Notes under the pieces: generated by a model
The model's input: only the letters and a program-made list of their open reading frames with translations
The model's database searches: none
What the model was told of the DNA's origin: nothing
From: Syntrophomonadaceae bacterium
GTDB lineage: Bacteria > Bacillota > Syntrophomonadia > Syntrophomonadales > Syntrophomonadaceae
Direction: 5' to 3'
NCBI GenBank assembly: GCA_012515055.1
Contig: JAAYZA010000318.1
Location: forward strand, 42,489-106,488
Length of the DNA: 64,000 bases
Part shown: in pieces, positions 27,450 through 37,473 of the stretch
Layout of the letters: each line of letters opens with the position of its first letter
Numbering within the stretch: the first letter of the stretch is position 1
Program-made: the position numbers and the translations under genes

Positions 27450-28721
27450 ATGCAGATCAAAGCTCCCCGCGGAACATACGATATTTTGCCGGACCAGGCA
27501 GCCAAATGGCAGTGGATGGAAGAACTACTTAAACTGACTGCCAGTGATTTTGGGTACCGGGAAATTCGCACGCCGATTTTTGAACATACCGAATTATTTG
27601 AACGGGGAGTCGGGGCCACCTCCGACATCGTCAGTAAAGAGATGTATACTTTCAGGGATAAAGCGGACAGGAGCATCACTTTGCGACCGGAGGGGACAGC
27701 CAGTTGTGCCCGGGCCTTTATCGAACATGGTTTTTATAATGGTTTGCTGCCGGTCAAATGGTATTATTCGGGACCCATGTTTCGTTATGACCGTCCCCAG
27801 ACTGGGCGTTTTCGTCAGTTCCATCAATTCGGGGTGGAAGCTTTTGGCAGTGACAGCCCATTTTTAGATGCGGAAGTCATCATTCTTATGATGGAAATAT
27901 TCCAACGCCTGGGGCTGCAGGAATTGCAGCTGCACACCAACTCAGTAGGATGTCCGGTTTGCCGGCCCCAGTACCGGGAAAAACTCATTTCGTATCTGAC
28001 CCCGATCAAAGACGAACTTTGCCAGGATTGCCAGCAAAGATATCTGGTCAATCCTTTGCGGGTCCTGGATTGTAAAAACAGATCCTGTCAGGAAGCTATA
28101 AAAGGATATCCGCTTTTAGCTGACAGCTTATGCTCCGATTGCACCGGGCATTACCAGCAGGTCCGTGCAGGACTGGCAGCCAATGGGATAGAGTTCATTC
28201 ATGATGATAAGCTGGTCAGGGGTCTGGATTATTATACCAACACCGCTTTTGAAGTTCATGTCCCCAGCCTGGGAGCTCAGAGTGCCATTGGTGGCGGAGG
28301 CCGATATAATGGTCTGGTTAAAGTGTGCGGCGGACCCGATGTGCCGGGGACCGGCTTTGCCCTAGGGCTGGAAAGGATGCTGCTGGCGGTCGATCAGCAG
28401 CAAAATCAAATGCCAGTTGATGTTTTTGTCATCGTTATGGAAAACAGGTTCATGGCTCAGGCATTGCAGCTGACAACGGAGATCAGACGGGCCGGGATCA
28501 GTGCGGATATGGACTACAACAACCGCAGTCCCCGGGCGCAAATGAAATACGCTGATAAAATAAAAGCCCGGTTAGCAATAATGATCGGGGAAGAAGAAAT
28601 AAACCAAGGCTATTATTCAGTACGAGATATGCACAGCAGTGAACAGTACCAGGCGGACAGGGATTCCCTCATAGCAAATCTTCCCGGTATCCTGTTTAAA
28701 AAGGAGGAGGAGCAAGGTTAA
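27450..28721 (+). CDS. hisS: Histidine--tRNA ligase
   Basis: Class II motifs and the typical N-terminus MQIKAPRGTYDILP. 423 aa. Confidence 0.95.
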   Translation: MQIKAPRGTYDILPDQAAKWQWMEELLKLTASDFGYREIRTPIFEHTELFERGVGATSDIVSKEMYTFRDKADRSITLRPEGTASCARAFIEHGFYNGLLPVKWYYSGPMFRYDRPQTGRFRQFHQFGVEAFGSDSPFLDAEVIILMMEIFQRLGLQELQLHTNSVGCPVCRPQYREKLISYLTPIKDELCQDCQQRYLVNPLRVLDCKNRSCQEAIKGYPLLADSLCSDCTGHYQQVRAGLAANGIEFIHDDKLVRGLDYYTNTAFEVHVPSLGAQSAIGGGGRYNGLVKVCGGPDVPGTGFALGLERMLLAVDQQQNQMPVDVFVIVMENRFMAQALQLTTEIRRAGISADMDYNNRSPRAQMKYADKIKARLAIMIGEEEINQGYYSVRDMHSSEQYQADRDSLIANLPGILFKKEEEQG

Positions 28722-30478
28722 TGCAAAGGACACATAATGCCAGTGAACTAAATACAGAAAGTGTTGGACAAAAGGTCAAACTATGCGGTTGGATAAATAC
28801 CCGCCGTGATCATGGGGGCTTGATATTTATCGATCTGCGGGATCGTTCCGGCCTGATTCAAATCGTTTTCAGTCCGGAAGTGGACGAGGAATCCTTCCAT
28901 CTGGCGGAAAAGGTCCGCAGTGAATATGTCATAGCAGTATCCGGGACGGTGGCCGCCAGAACCCCGGCCACCATAAACCCCAATTTGTCCACTGGGGATA
29001 TAGAAGTATTCATCGATCAAATGGAGGTCTTAAGCCCGGCGAAAACGCCCCCCTTTTATATTGAAGATGGGGTGGAAGCCGATGAAAATCTAAGATTGAA
29101 GCATCGCTATCTCGATTTGCGCCGGCCGGAGATGTTGAAAAACATGATGCTGAGGCATAAAGTGGTCAAAGCCATCCGTGATTTTTTGGATGGGCACGGT
29201 TTTATGGAGATAGAGACTCCGCTGCTAACCAGAAGCACTCCGGAAGGAGCCCGGGACTACCTGGTACCCAGCCGGGTCCATCCAGGTGAGTTCTATGCCC
29301 TGCCGCAATCGCCGCAGATATTCAAGCAAATACTGATGGTGGCCGGGATGGAAAAATATTTTCAGATAGCCCGCTGCTTCCGGGACGAAGACCTTAGAGC
29401 GGACCGGCAGCCGGAGTTTACTCAGCTGGATATGGAAATGTCCTTTATTGAGGAAGAAGATGTCTTTGCCCTGGTGGAAAAAATGATGGCAGTTCTGTTT
29501 AAAGTTGGCATGGACTGCGATATTGAAACTGATTTTATCCGCCTCAGCTATGGGGATGCCATGCAAAGGTTTGGTTCTGACAAGCCGGATCTGCGTTTTG
29601 GATTGGAAATCGAAGACCTGACTGAACTGGTGAAAGATGTTGATTTCAAGGTATTTTCCGCGGCCATTGAGGCCGGCGGAGCAGTAAGGGCGATAAATGT
29701 TAAAAATGGGGCATCATTTACCCGCCGGGAAATTGATGAATTGGGCAAGATCGCGGTTGACAACGGAGCTAAAGGCATGGCATGGATCATAGTGGCAGAA
29801 GATGAGCTGCGCTCTCCCATCACCAAATTCTTTACTGATAATCAGATGGAGTCCATCCTGGGGCGGTTAAAAGCGGAAAAAGGTGATCTCCTGCTGTTTT
29901 GTGCCGACCAGCCAGCCATTGTGGCCCGGGTTCTGGGGACAGTGCGCCTGGAATTGGCCCGCAAAATGGAACTGATTGATGAAAGCTTGCTTAAATTCGC
30001 CTGGATCGTTGATTTCCCCCTGTTTGAATATGATGACGATGAACAAAGGTATGTGGCAGTACATCACATGTTTACAGCACCCCGCGCAGAAGATGCTGGT
30101 CTGCTTGACAGTGATCCCGCACTTGTCAAAGCCCGGGCTTATGATTTGATACTTAATGGAACGGAGATAGGCGGCGGCAGCATCAGGATCCATCAACAGG
30201 AATTGCAGAAAAAAATATTTTCACTGCTGGCCATGACTCCCGAAATATATAATGAAAAGTTCGGGTACATGCTGGAAGCCTTCGCTTATGGGACCCCGCC
30301 TCATGGGGGGATAGCTTTCGGCATTGACCGTCTCTTGATGATAATGGCAGGCTGCAGCAGCATACGTGATGTGATAGCTTTCCCCAAGACCCAGAGCGCT
30401 GTTTGCCCCATGACTCAGGCACCTGCTGCGGTTAATGCCAAACAATTACGGGAATTATCGCTTAAAATTCGTGAATGA
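28721..30478 (+). CDS. aspS: Aspartate--tRNA ligase
   Basis: OB-fold N-terminus, FRDEDLRADRQPEFTQLD and GGGSIRIH motifs. TAATG overlap with hisS. Confidence 0.95.
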   Translation: MQRTHNASELNTESVGQKVKLCGWINTRRDHGGLIFIDLRDRSGLIQIVFSPEVDEESFHLAEKVRSEYVIAVSGTVAARTPATINPNLSTGDIEVFIDQMEVLSPAKTPPFYIEDGVEADENLRLKHRYLDLRRPEMLKNMMLRHKVVKAIRDFLDGHGFMEIETPLLTRSTPEGARDYLVPSRVHPGEFYALPQSPQIFKQILMVAGMEKYFQIARCFRDEDLRADRQPEFTQLDMEMSFIEEEDVFALVEKMMAVLFKVGMDCDIETDFIRLSYGDAMQRFGSDKPDLRFGLEIEDLTELVKDVDFKVFSAAIEAGGAVRAINVKNGASFTRREIDELGKIAVDNGAKGMAWIIVAEDELRSPITKFFTDNQMESILGRLKAEKGDLLLFCADQPAIVARVLGTVRLELARKMELIDESLLKFAWIVDFPLFEYDDDEQRYVAVHHMFTAPRAEDAGLLDSDPALVKARAYDLILNGTEIGGGSIRIHQQELQKKIFSLLAMTPEIYNEKFGYMLEAFAYGTPPHGGIAFGIDRLLMIMAGCSSIRDVIAFPKTQSAVCPMTQAPAAVNAKQLRELSLKIRE

Positions 30479-30771
30479 TCTGCCCGGACAATATTGGGAG
30501 ATTATACCGGAAGGGCTTTCTTGAAAACAGTGGGTTTTTATGATATGCTTTTACCAAGTTAAAGCAAATAGGATTTAAAATATCCCTGCTGTGTTCGTGT
30601 TTAACCGTTAAGTTTTTGCCAACACAAAAACAATGGGAGCCTGGCTTCATATGTGAATTGTATGCCTTCGTTACAGGACACATTGAACATATGGGAGGGC
30701 ACCCCCCTGCTGAGCAGGACAAAACTGCGGTGGTTCACGACTCGGTGGGGCTTATTTCTTTGGAGGCCGGA

Positions 30772-31479
30772 ATGGATCAAGATGCACCTCATCTGCAGCG
30801 TTTGCAATTACTGGCAGGACCCCGGGGCATGGACAAACTGAAAAAAGCTGCAGTGGCAGTGATTGGTCTGGGCGGGGTAGGATCCCATGCAGTCGAAGCA
30901 CTGGCGCGCAGCGGAGTAGGCCGCCTGGTTCTGGTTGATATGGATCGTATCGAAATCAGCAATATCAATCGTCAGCTGCCCGCATTGACTTCAACCATTG
31001 GTAAATATAAAACCGAGGCTATTGCCCGGCGAATCCATGAAATCGATCCCTCCATCCAGGTAAGTGAATTTGCCTGCCGTTTCGAGCCTGCTTCCAGTGA
31101 GGAGATCCTATCCCCTGATCTGGATTATGTCATAGATGCCATCGACTCTCTGCCGGATAAAATACATCTGATAGTATCCTGCCTGGAAAAAGGCATTCCC
31201 GTTGTCAGCTCAATGGGAATGGCCAACCGCCTTGATCCATCGATGATAAGAATTGGTGACATAAAAGAAACCCATGTGTGTCCGGTTGCCAGAATAGTCA
31301 GGAAGGAACTGCGCAGCCGGGGAATAGATTCCGGGATAAAAGTGGTATATTCTATTGAAAAGCCTGTGAAACCATGGGAAGACAAACAGGGCTCTCTGGG
31401 CAGTATCATTTATCTGCCGGGGATAGCCGGGTATTTGCTGGCCAGTTTTATTATAGAAGGAATAACACGGGCCGGATAA
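30772..31479 (+). CDS. tcdA: tRNA threonylcarbamoyladenosine dehydratase (ThiF/MoeB family)
   Basis: Start at the ATG 5 nt after GGAGG. VIGLGGVGSH Rossmann motif and NINRQ motif. The 52 upstream in-frame codons lack an SD and lie upstream of where the E. coli TcdA N-terminus aligns. Confidence 0.8.
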   Translation: MDQDAPHLQRLQLLAGPRGMDKLKKAAVAVIGLGGVGSHAVEALARSGVGRLVLVDMDRIEISNINRQLPALTSTIGKYKTEAIARRIHEIDPSIQVSEFACRFEPASSEEILSPDLDYVIDAIDSLPDKIHLIVSCLEKGIPVVSSMGMANRLDPSMIRIGDIKETHVCPVARIVRKELRSRGIDSGIKVVYSIEKPVKPWEDKQGSLGSIIYLPGIAGYLLASFIIEGITRAG

Positions 31480-31540
31480 TATACAAAATATTCTATAAAT
31501 TTAGTTTATACGGAGGAAAAATGCTCGGGAGGTAGAATAA

Positions 31541-32842
31541 ATGTCTTATTGGGATAAAGAAAAAGAATGTATGGCGCGTGAACATTTGCAGAATTTGCAG
31601 TTAAGAAGATTGAAAGAGACTGTTTATCGGGCTTATGCCTTCGTTCCAGCCTATAAAGAAAAATTTGATGAGGCGGGTATAAAACCAGATGATATAAACA
31701 CTCTTGATGACATCAGAAAACTACCGTTCACAACCAAGACTGATTTAAGGGAAAACTATCCGTTTAATTTGTTTGCTGTCCCGATGAGTGAAGTGATTCG
31801 TATTCATTCTTCTTCCGGGACTACTGGTAAACCTACCGTGGTAGGTTACTCCCGAAAAGACCTGGATACATGGTCGGAGCTTATGGCCCGGGCACTGTGC
31901 AGTGCAGGTGCCAATCGTTATTCAGTGATTCAGAATTCCTATGGATATGGCTTGTTTACCGGGGGCCTGGGAGTCCATTACGGAGCAGAAAAACTGGGAG
32001 CTTCCGTTATCCCCAGTTCAGGAGGCAATACTAAACGCCAGGTGATGTTAATGCAGGATTTTGGTACAACAGTTTTGACCTGTACCCCCAGTTATGCACT
32101 TTTCATGGCGGAAGTTATGAATGAGATGGGCATAAGCCCACAGGATCTCAAGCTGGAGGCAGGTATCTTCGGAGCAGAACCCTGGTCGGAAGATATGAGG
32201 GTCAAAATAGAAGAGGTTTTGCAAATCAAGGCATTTGACATTTACGGTTTGAGCGAAATTATTGGACCGGGAGTGGCCATCGAATGTGAGTGCAAAAAGG
32301 GATTACATATCGCAGAAGATCATTTTGTGGCTGAAATCATCGATCCGGTAACTGAAGAGGTACTTCCCTATGGAACAGCCGGTGAACTGGTTATCACTAC
32401 TTTAACCAAAGAAGCATTGCCGATGATCAGGTACCGCACCCGGGATCTTACCACATTGAGTATCGAACCATGTCCTTGCGGCAGGACCCATGTGAGAATG
32501 CAAAAGGTTCTGGGACGTTCAGATGATATGGTTATCATCCGGGGAGTAAATATTTTCCCTTCCATGGTGGAAAGTGTGTTATTAAGAATCCAGGGGGTCA
32601 GTCCTTATTACTTGTTGGTAGTTGACCGCAAAGGCAATCTCGACTTTTTGGAAGTGCATGTGGAAGTATCAGAAGAGGTTTTCAGCGACGAAATAAGGAA
32701 ACTTGAAGAACTGGGGGCTTTGATCACCAGGGAGCTGGAAAGCGCTCTGGGTATTTCAGTGAAAGTCAGGCTGGTTGAACCAAAATCAATAGAACGAAGT
32801 GAGGGCAAAGCTAAAAGAGTCATCGATAAAAGAACTATATGA
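31541..32842 (+). CDS. paaK: Phenylacetate--CoA ligase family adenylating enzyme
   Basis: [12 protein letters not shown]-binding motif. PaaK-type N-terminus ([19 protein letters not shown]). Confidence 0.85.
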   Translation: MSYWDKEKECMAREHLQNLQLRRLKETVYRAYAFVPAYKEKFDEAGIKPDDINTLDDIRKLPFTTKTDLRENYPFNLFAVPMSEVIRIHSSSGTTGKPTVVGYSRKDLDTWSELMARALCSAGANRYSVIQNSYGYGLFTGGLGVHYGAEKLGASVIPSSGGNTKRQVMLMQDFGTTVLTCTPSYALFMAEVMNEMGISPQDLKLEAGIFGAEPWSEDMRVKIEEVLQIKAFDIYGLSEIIGPGVAIECECKKGLHIAEDHFVAEIIDPVTEEVLPYGTAGELVITTLTKEALPMIRYRTRDLTTLSIEPCPCGRTHVRMQKVLGRSDDMVIIRGVNIFPSMVESVLLRIQGVSPYYLLVVDRKGNLDFLEVHVEVSEEVFSDEIRKLEELGALITRELESALGISVKVRLVEPKSIERSEGKAKRVIDKRTI

Positions 32843-32861
32843 GAATAGAGGAGGCAGTGAT

Positions 32862-33290
32862 ATGGCTAAACAAATATCAGTATTTCTTGAAAATAAGGCG
32901 GGACGCCTCTCCAATGTTACCCGCGTATTAGGCGATGCCGGCATCAATATCAGAGCCCTGTCCATTGCAGATACCTCTGATTTTGGAATACTAAGGATTA
33001 TTGTCAGTGATCCGGTAAAAGCCTATAAGATCCTCAAAGAAGCAGGCTTTACGGTTAGTGAGACCCAGGTGATAGCGGTCCGGGTTCCTGATTCACCCGG
33101 GGGGCTGGCTGACATTCTGGAACAAATGGCAGAAGAAAATTTAAATATCGAATATTTGTATGCTTTTCTTGGCAGCACCGAGCAGGACGCCCTGGTCATA
33201 TTCAAAGTTGAAGACGTCGAAAAAGCTGAAATGGTGTTTAAAAAGAAGGAGATTAAGTTCATAGATGAGAATCAATTATATAGTATGTAA
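32862..33290 (+). CDS. ACT domain-containing protein
   Basis: ATG follows GAGGAGG. Two ACT-like repeats (ISVFLENKAGRL...). An ACT-domain gene next to paaK is a pairing I recall from other anaerobes. Confidence 0.75.
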   Translation: MAKQISVFLENKAGRLSNVTRVLGDAGINIRALSIADTSDFGILRIIVSDPVKAYKILKEAGFTVSETQVIAVRVPDSPGGLADILEQMAEENLNIEYLYAFLGSTEQDALVIFKVEDVEKAEMVFKKKEIKFIDENQLYSM

Positions 33291-33444
33291 AAAGCAGTAA
33301 ATTATTTTTATAAGCAGTGCATATAGTTTATTTAAAGAAACTGGTTAACTTTTTTAATTGTCAGAAATATTCTAGAAATTGATACAGCAATGGATTTGAC
33401 TGCACACTGTAATTGACGAAAGACTATACAAAGGAGGTGAATAT

Positions 33445-33939
33445 ATGAAAAAAGCTATAGGCCTGGGTTTATTAGTAGGCGTCTTCTTTGCAGTCTTTGT
33501 TCTGTTTCAGGAATATATTGGAGCCAGTGCATTTTACATTGGCGCGGTAGCAATTGCTATGTTTGCAATAATAGGCCCTCTGGGAAATTATCTGCAAGCA
33601 GCTATTGCTATGTTGATTGGGGTAGTAGTCGGACTGGTTGGTATCGCCGCTTTAGCATTAGCCATGCCTTTGCCGCCTCACCATCTGATGTATTTAGCCA
33701 TCGTTTGCGGGATATCATTGTTTTTAATGGTATTGCTTTCGGCAACCGGTATGCGTATTGATGCTATGTTTTTGGGTTGGGCAGCAATCTTTGCCGCATT
33801 ATATAATACTTACGTAACTGATACCACAGCAATTGCTACGCAGGCTGTACCCGCATTGGTGGGTACCTGTGTAACATTATTGGTAGGAATGGTATTATCC
33901 CTGATTATTATTAAAATAGCCATGGCAGTGAATAAATGA
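33445..33939 (+). CDS. Hypothetical polytopic membrane protein (164 aa)
   Basis: AAAGGAGG SD. The protein is almost entirely hydrophobic, with several predicted TM helices. Family not confidently recognised. Confidence 0.55.
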   Translation: MKKAIGLGLLVGVFFAVFVLFQEYIGASAFYIGAVAIAMFAIIGPLGNYLQAAIAMLIGVVVGLVGIAALALAMPLPPHHLMYLAIVCGISLFLMVLLSATGMRIDAMFLGWAAIFAALYNTYVTDTTAIATQAVPALVGTCVTLLVGMVLSLIIIKIAMAVNK

Positions 33940-33957
33940 TGAAGGGAGGGAAATGGC

Positions 33958-35877
33958 TTGTTGAAAACGCGTAAATCGAGAGCTTATATGGTTTTATTAG
34001 TCATAATGATGCTGGTGCTTGCGCCTGTTGCCACCGCACAGAGCCCGGCACCGGATAAAATACTGGACAATGAACTGGTCATATCGCAATTGGATGATAA
34101 TGGCCAAATCAGTAGTATTTCGGTTCTAAACCAGGTAAGAGTTTTTGGTGAAGGACAGTTTACTATAGAAGACAGCAGCAAATATAAACTTTCTGCAGTC
34201 AGAAACCTCTATGGCAGTGAAAAGATAACCCAAAGGGACAATAAATTGACGATTCCATTTAACATTGGCAGTGGTAAAAGCTTCAGCGACATTTACTATC
34301 TGGCTGACATAGCCGATGAGGAAATCGCGGGCATCCAAGAAGAAATGCCGGTCAGAATTGAAATTGAGTATTTTCTGGATGGTCAAAAAATGCTGCCATC
34401 TGAACTGGCCGGGAAAAGCGGTCACTTGAAAATAGTAACCACAATGGAGAATCTATCAGGTAAACCGGCGGTTTTGAAATTCAAAGATATTAACGACCAG
34501 GAAATAGCTCAGGAGTCAGTTATTTATACGCCTTACGCAGTAGCCCTGAAAGATTGGGAATTTAAAAATGACAATTTTGCTAACATTTCCGCCCCCGGTG
34601 TTCCCGAGGAATCACCCGAAGGAACCATTGCCAATATCCAGGGAGTAACTTCGGTCAGCTGGACAGTTCCTCTTATTGCACCATTATATCCTACCACCCA
34701 GTATGCGGTTTTCGAAGCTGATGCCATTAATATAGAGCTGCCTTCCTTCAATATTGCGGTTATGGCATTGGTGCCGGTACAATCCGATATTGATAACCTG
34801 GGGTTAGTACAAAGCAGTCTGGAACAATTATATGATGGTTTTGATCAGATCGAAGGCGGCATAGGTGCTGTTAATAAAGATGCCACATTACTTTATGGTT
34901 TGGATGCAGTAGATGGCGGGGTCGTGCAGATTAGTGACGGGCTGAGTTCTCTTTCGGATATTTTAATGCAGATCAGGGTGGGATTAAGCAGTCCGGGGTT
35001 TGATGCAGCTTCCTACAATGGCGATACTGGAGCCGATGCCCAGGGTGTCACTCCCGGGGTCCAGGATGCAGTGAAAATCATGAAAAGCACCATTGATTCC
35101 CAGCTGATACCGGGCTTGATGATTCAGAAGGCTACCCTGAGCGGGATGGAAACTGCAGTGGGCAAACCGGCGGACAGCGGGCAGGAACCATCCAGCGCCA
35201 CCAGCATTTATAATGATATCAACCAGCTTAAAGCGGCTACCGCAGGTACCCCGGCACAGAAAATAATTTCAGATTCTGTGGAACCGAAACTACAAAAATT
35301 GAGTAAGGATATTGCCGATTTTCGCGAAGGCAGCAATTTTATTGCCAATGTCGCCAAGGTAGAAGAAGGTGCCGTACAATTATCAGAAGCACTGGGCAAA
35401 TCAGACCAGGGAATATCGATGATGGTTTTTGGCCTGGGTGCACTTACAGATGAGGGCAAGCCTTATCCCATCATGATGAATGGAAGCCCCGGCAGTGTTT
35501 TATATGCCCTGGAATATATGCAGGAGGCCATTAATGGGCAACTAAGACCCGGTCTTGTACAGTTGTCCGATGGCGCGGGCCAGATTGGGGATGGTGCAGT
35601 ATTTGCCAAAGGGGAAATATCTACTGGATTACACACCTTCCAGCAGATACCTGTACTAAAGGAAACCTTGATGGCCAATGCTGCTGATGCCAGCAATTGG
35701 CTGGGCAAAATCGAAGGCTCTGAAACTACATTGACCTATGTATTTCAGACCCAGCCGGTCAGCCAGGATGGGAAAGCTATGAAAGTAGGCGCCGGTGTGA
35801 TAGGTCTCTCTTTAATCGCACTTATAGCGGTAGGAAGACCACCAAAACTTGATGTTTCAACACCTGTTGATGCATAA
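33958..35877 (+). CDS. Large exported protein with signal peptide and C-terminal membrane anchor; YhgE/Pip-like Gly/Leu repeat region
   Basis: N-terminal signal peptide (LVLAPVATAQS) and C-terminal TM (VGAGVIGLSLIALIAV). The central repeats of type L..L.DG...L..G resemble the extracellular part of YhgE/Pip proteins. Confidence 0.55.
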   Translation: MLKTRKSRAYMVLLVIMMLVLAPVATAQSPAPDKILDNELVISQLDDNGQISSISVLNQVRVFGEGQFTIEDSSKYKLSAVRNLYGSEKITQRDNKLTIPFNIGSGKSFSDIYYLADIADEEIAGIQEEMPVRIEIEYFLDGQKMLPSELAGKSGHLKIVTTMENLSGKPAVLKFKDINDQEIAQESVIYTPYAVALKDWEFKNDNFANISAPGVPEESPEGTIANIQGVTSVSWTVPLIAPLYPTTQYAVFEADAINIELPSFNIAVMALVPVQSDIDNLGLVQSSLEQLYDGFDQIEGGIGAVNKDATLLYGLDAVDGGVVQISDGLSSLSDILMQIRVGLSSPGFDAASYNGDTGADAQGVTPGVQDAVKIMKSTIDSQLIPGLMIQKATLSGMETAVGKPADSGQEPSSATSIYNDINQLKAATAGTPAQKIISDSVEPKLQKLSKDIADFREGSNFIANVAKVEEGAVQLSEALGKSDQGISMMVFGLGALTDEGKPYPIMMNGSPGSVLYALEYMQEAINGQLRPGLVQLSDGAGQIGDGAVFAKGEISTGLHTFQQIPVLKETLMANAADASNWLGKIEGSETTLTYVFQTQPVSQDGKAMKVGAGVIGLSLIALIAVGRPPKLDVSTPVDA

Positions 35878-35899
35878 ATATTAAAGGAGGGAATTATTG

Positions 35900-36568
35900 A
35901 TGAAAAAAAGAATGATCCTCGTTGTTTCGTTGTTGATGGTATTTGCTTTTACTGCTGGAGTAGTTGCAAATCCGGCGGTACAGTCTATTACCGCTAACCT
36001 GGCCACTGATTTTAAATTTACAGTGGATGGAGAAGCCTGGCAGCCAGTGGAAACAGATGGCAGCAACATGTATCCCATTGTTTACAATGACCGTACTTAT
36101 CTGCCGGTAAGAGCTGCCGGCGAAGCTTTAGGCGTTAAAGTCGACTGGGATGAAGCCACCAGAACCGTTATTTTAGGTGATGCCCCGGTTAAGGAAGAGC
36201 CTAAAGAAGAACCCAAGGAAGAGCCTAAAGAAGAGCCTAAAGAAGAAGTGCCAGCTGCAGAACTGGACATTACTCCCGCCACCTATGATCTTAACAAAAA
36301 CAATCTGGCAGATGGATCCGCTACTATTACCTGGGGACCGGCTACCAAAATTACCGGTATTACTGGTGATGCTATGAACGGCGTTTTAAAGATTACGCTG
36401 GTTGAAGGAAAACACTATGTAGTTGATGGTGACCAGCTCACTATTAAAACAGCACTGGCGGAATTGATTCCTCTGCCGATCAATATGGTTCCGGATGGAA
36501 CTGAATTAACCCTTACCGTTACCTTTGACGAGGGTGTAAAAACTCTGGTAATCAGAGTAGTAAGCTAG
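35900..36568 (+). CDS. Secreted protein: copper-amine-oxidase-N-terminal-like domain, EEPK linker, X2-like Ig domain
   Basis: Signal peptide, then the stalk-domain motif DRTYLPVRAAGEALGVKVDWDEATRTVILG. Next come (EEPK)x4 and a C-terminal domain resembling CBM_X2-type modules. Confidence 0.6.
   Translation: MKKRMILVVSLLMVFAFTAGVVANPAVQSITANLATDFKFTVDGEAWQPVETDGSNMYPIVYNDRTYLPVRAAGEALGVKVDWDEATRTVILGDAPVKEEPKEEPKEEPKEEPKEEVPAAELDITPATYDLNKNNLADGSATITWGPATKITGITGDAMNGVLKITLVEGKHYVVDGDQLTIKTALAELIPLPINMVPDGTELTLTVTFDEGVKTLVIRVVS
36194..36241 (+). repeat. 12-nt tandem repeat x4 encoding (EEPK)4 linker
   Basis: GAAGAGCCTAAA / GAAGAACCCAAG / GAAGAGCCTAAA / GAAGAGCCTAAA, read directly from the sequence. 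Confidence 0.9.
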
Positions 36569-36639
36569 GAAATATCGAAATCATGGTCGGGGGTATCTGT
36601 CCGTCGGCCAGATCCGCAGGATCAAGAAACTAAATAATA

Positions 36640-36679
36640 ATTCTTGCGGTGGCGGGGTCATCCCAGCCGCCGCAAGAAT
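36640..36679. other. 14-bp GC-rich hairpin (possible terminator lacking a U tract)
   Basis: ATTCTTGCGGTGGC / GCCGCCGCAAGAAT (one G-U) with a 12-nt loop. It lies 70 nt after the 35900..36568 gene. Confidence 0.4.
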
Positions 36680-36910
36680 AAACCCATGAACAACCTGAGT
36701 CCGTTGCCAACCATCGTGCCTGCAGCAGCTTATAGACACTGACGCACTCGAAATTCAACCCATCATTACACTTGCCTGAAGATTCGTTATAAAGACTACA
36801 AAAGGATATGTATGAGCCAGCAAGGAATAGCAGCTGGAACCCGAAAAATGAAGTACTACAATAAAACGCCCGGGCATGACGGAATATTCTGATAAAGGAG
36901 GAAGCACTTT

Positions 36911-37255
36911 ATTCTGTTTCCAGTACCTGTTGTTGTAATTCCTTATGGGCTCCAATTGGTGTTAACCAGAATCTTTATGGAGGGGAAATCTACCTGCATC
37001 TTGTGAGGGGAAAAAGCCAATAGTATTTCGTCGACCGGACTGGTTGCAAATGAAAAAGGACCCGATATTAAAAATTCGCATACACCTGCAATAGCAGTTG
37101 AAAACAAAAAAGCAGTTAAAGATATGTTTAAGCACTATCACCTATTATTACTATTGGGGCTTACCCGGAGAATTTTATGTGATAGTATCGCAGGTGCCGT
37201 TACTTCTGTTTTCGAGCCTGGCATTGAACCAGGGAAGGGAATAATTATATCATGA
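36911..37255 (+). CDS. Candidate small selenoprotein (C-I-L-U motif), hypothetical; the start codon is uncertain
   Basis: SD AAAGGAGG at 36894-36901 and a frame open from 36896. In-frame TGA at 37004-37006 after Cys-Ile-Leu. 82 coding-like codons follow. SECIS-like hairpin at 37030-37047 and terminator at 37292-37314. See findings. Confidence 0.3.
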
Positions 37256-37291
37256 TCGGTCCTGGGTGATGGAAATTCAAACAGTTGGGGG

Positions 37292-37314
37292 AAAGGGCCA
37301 AGGCCTTTTTATTT
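37292..37314 (+). terminator. Intrinsic terminator
   Basis: Stem AAAGGGC/GCCTTTT with loop CAAG, then a T-rich tail (tATTT). Confidence 0.5.
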
Positions 37315-37473
37315 CCAAAACTGCTCGCAAAAGTTTCTGCGGGGAACCAATTGGTTGTTGCCCTGAAGTTAATAAGGGGGGAGGGGGCGATACACCAGAT
37401 AGTTGTATGTAATGATTTGTTATTATTGGTGGCGGAGAAAACCGAACACCGCAAGACTTAAGGAGGAGAAAAC

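Noticed and set aside
30616-30771. Upstream in-frame extension of tcdA (TTG 30616)
   Set aside because: It has no SD, and the E. coli TcdA N-terminus aligns from the ATG at 30772, which has GGAGG 5 nt upstream. The remaining ~290 nt after aspS stays unassigned. I saw only short palindromes there and no recognisable RNA motif.
36194-36241. Tandem repeat considered as a possible CRISPR or other array
   Set aside because: The unit is 12 nt with no spacers, it is in frame, and it encodes a Glu/Pro/Lys linker. It is not a CRISPR array.
36097-36282. Minus-strand ORF with SSLGSSLGSSLG repeats
   Set aside because: It is the reverse complement of the (EEPK)4 linker repeat of the plus-strand secreted protein, so it is an artefact of the tandem repeat.
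36686-36895. Same-frame segment upstream of the selenoprotein candidate, with two more TGA codons (36740, 36890) followed by TAA
   Set aside because: TAA follows immediately after the second TGA, and I saw no SD or SECIS-like hairpin. It could be part of a decayed gene, but nothing supports a functional readthrough here.
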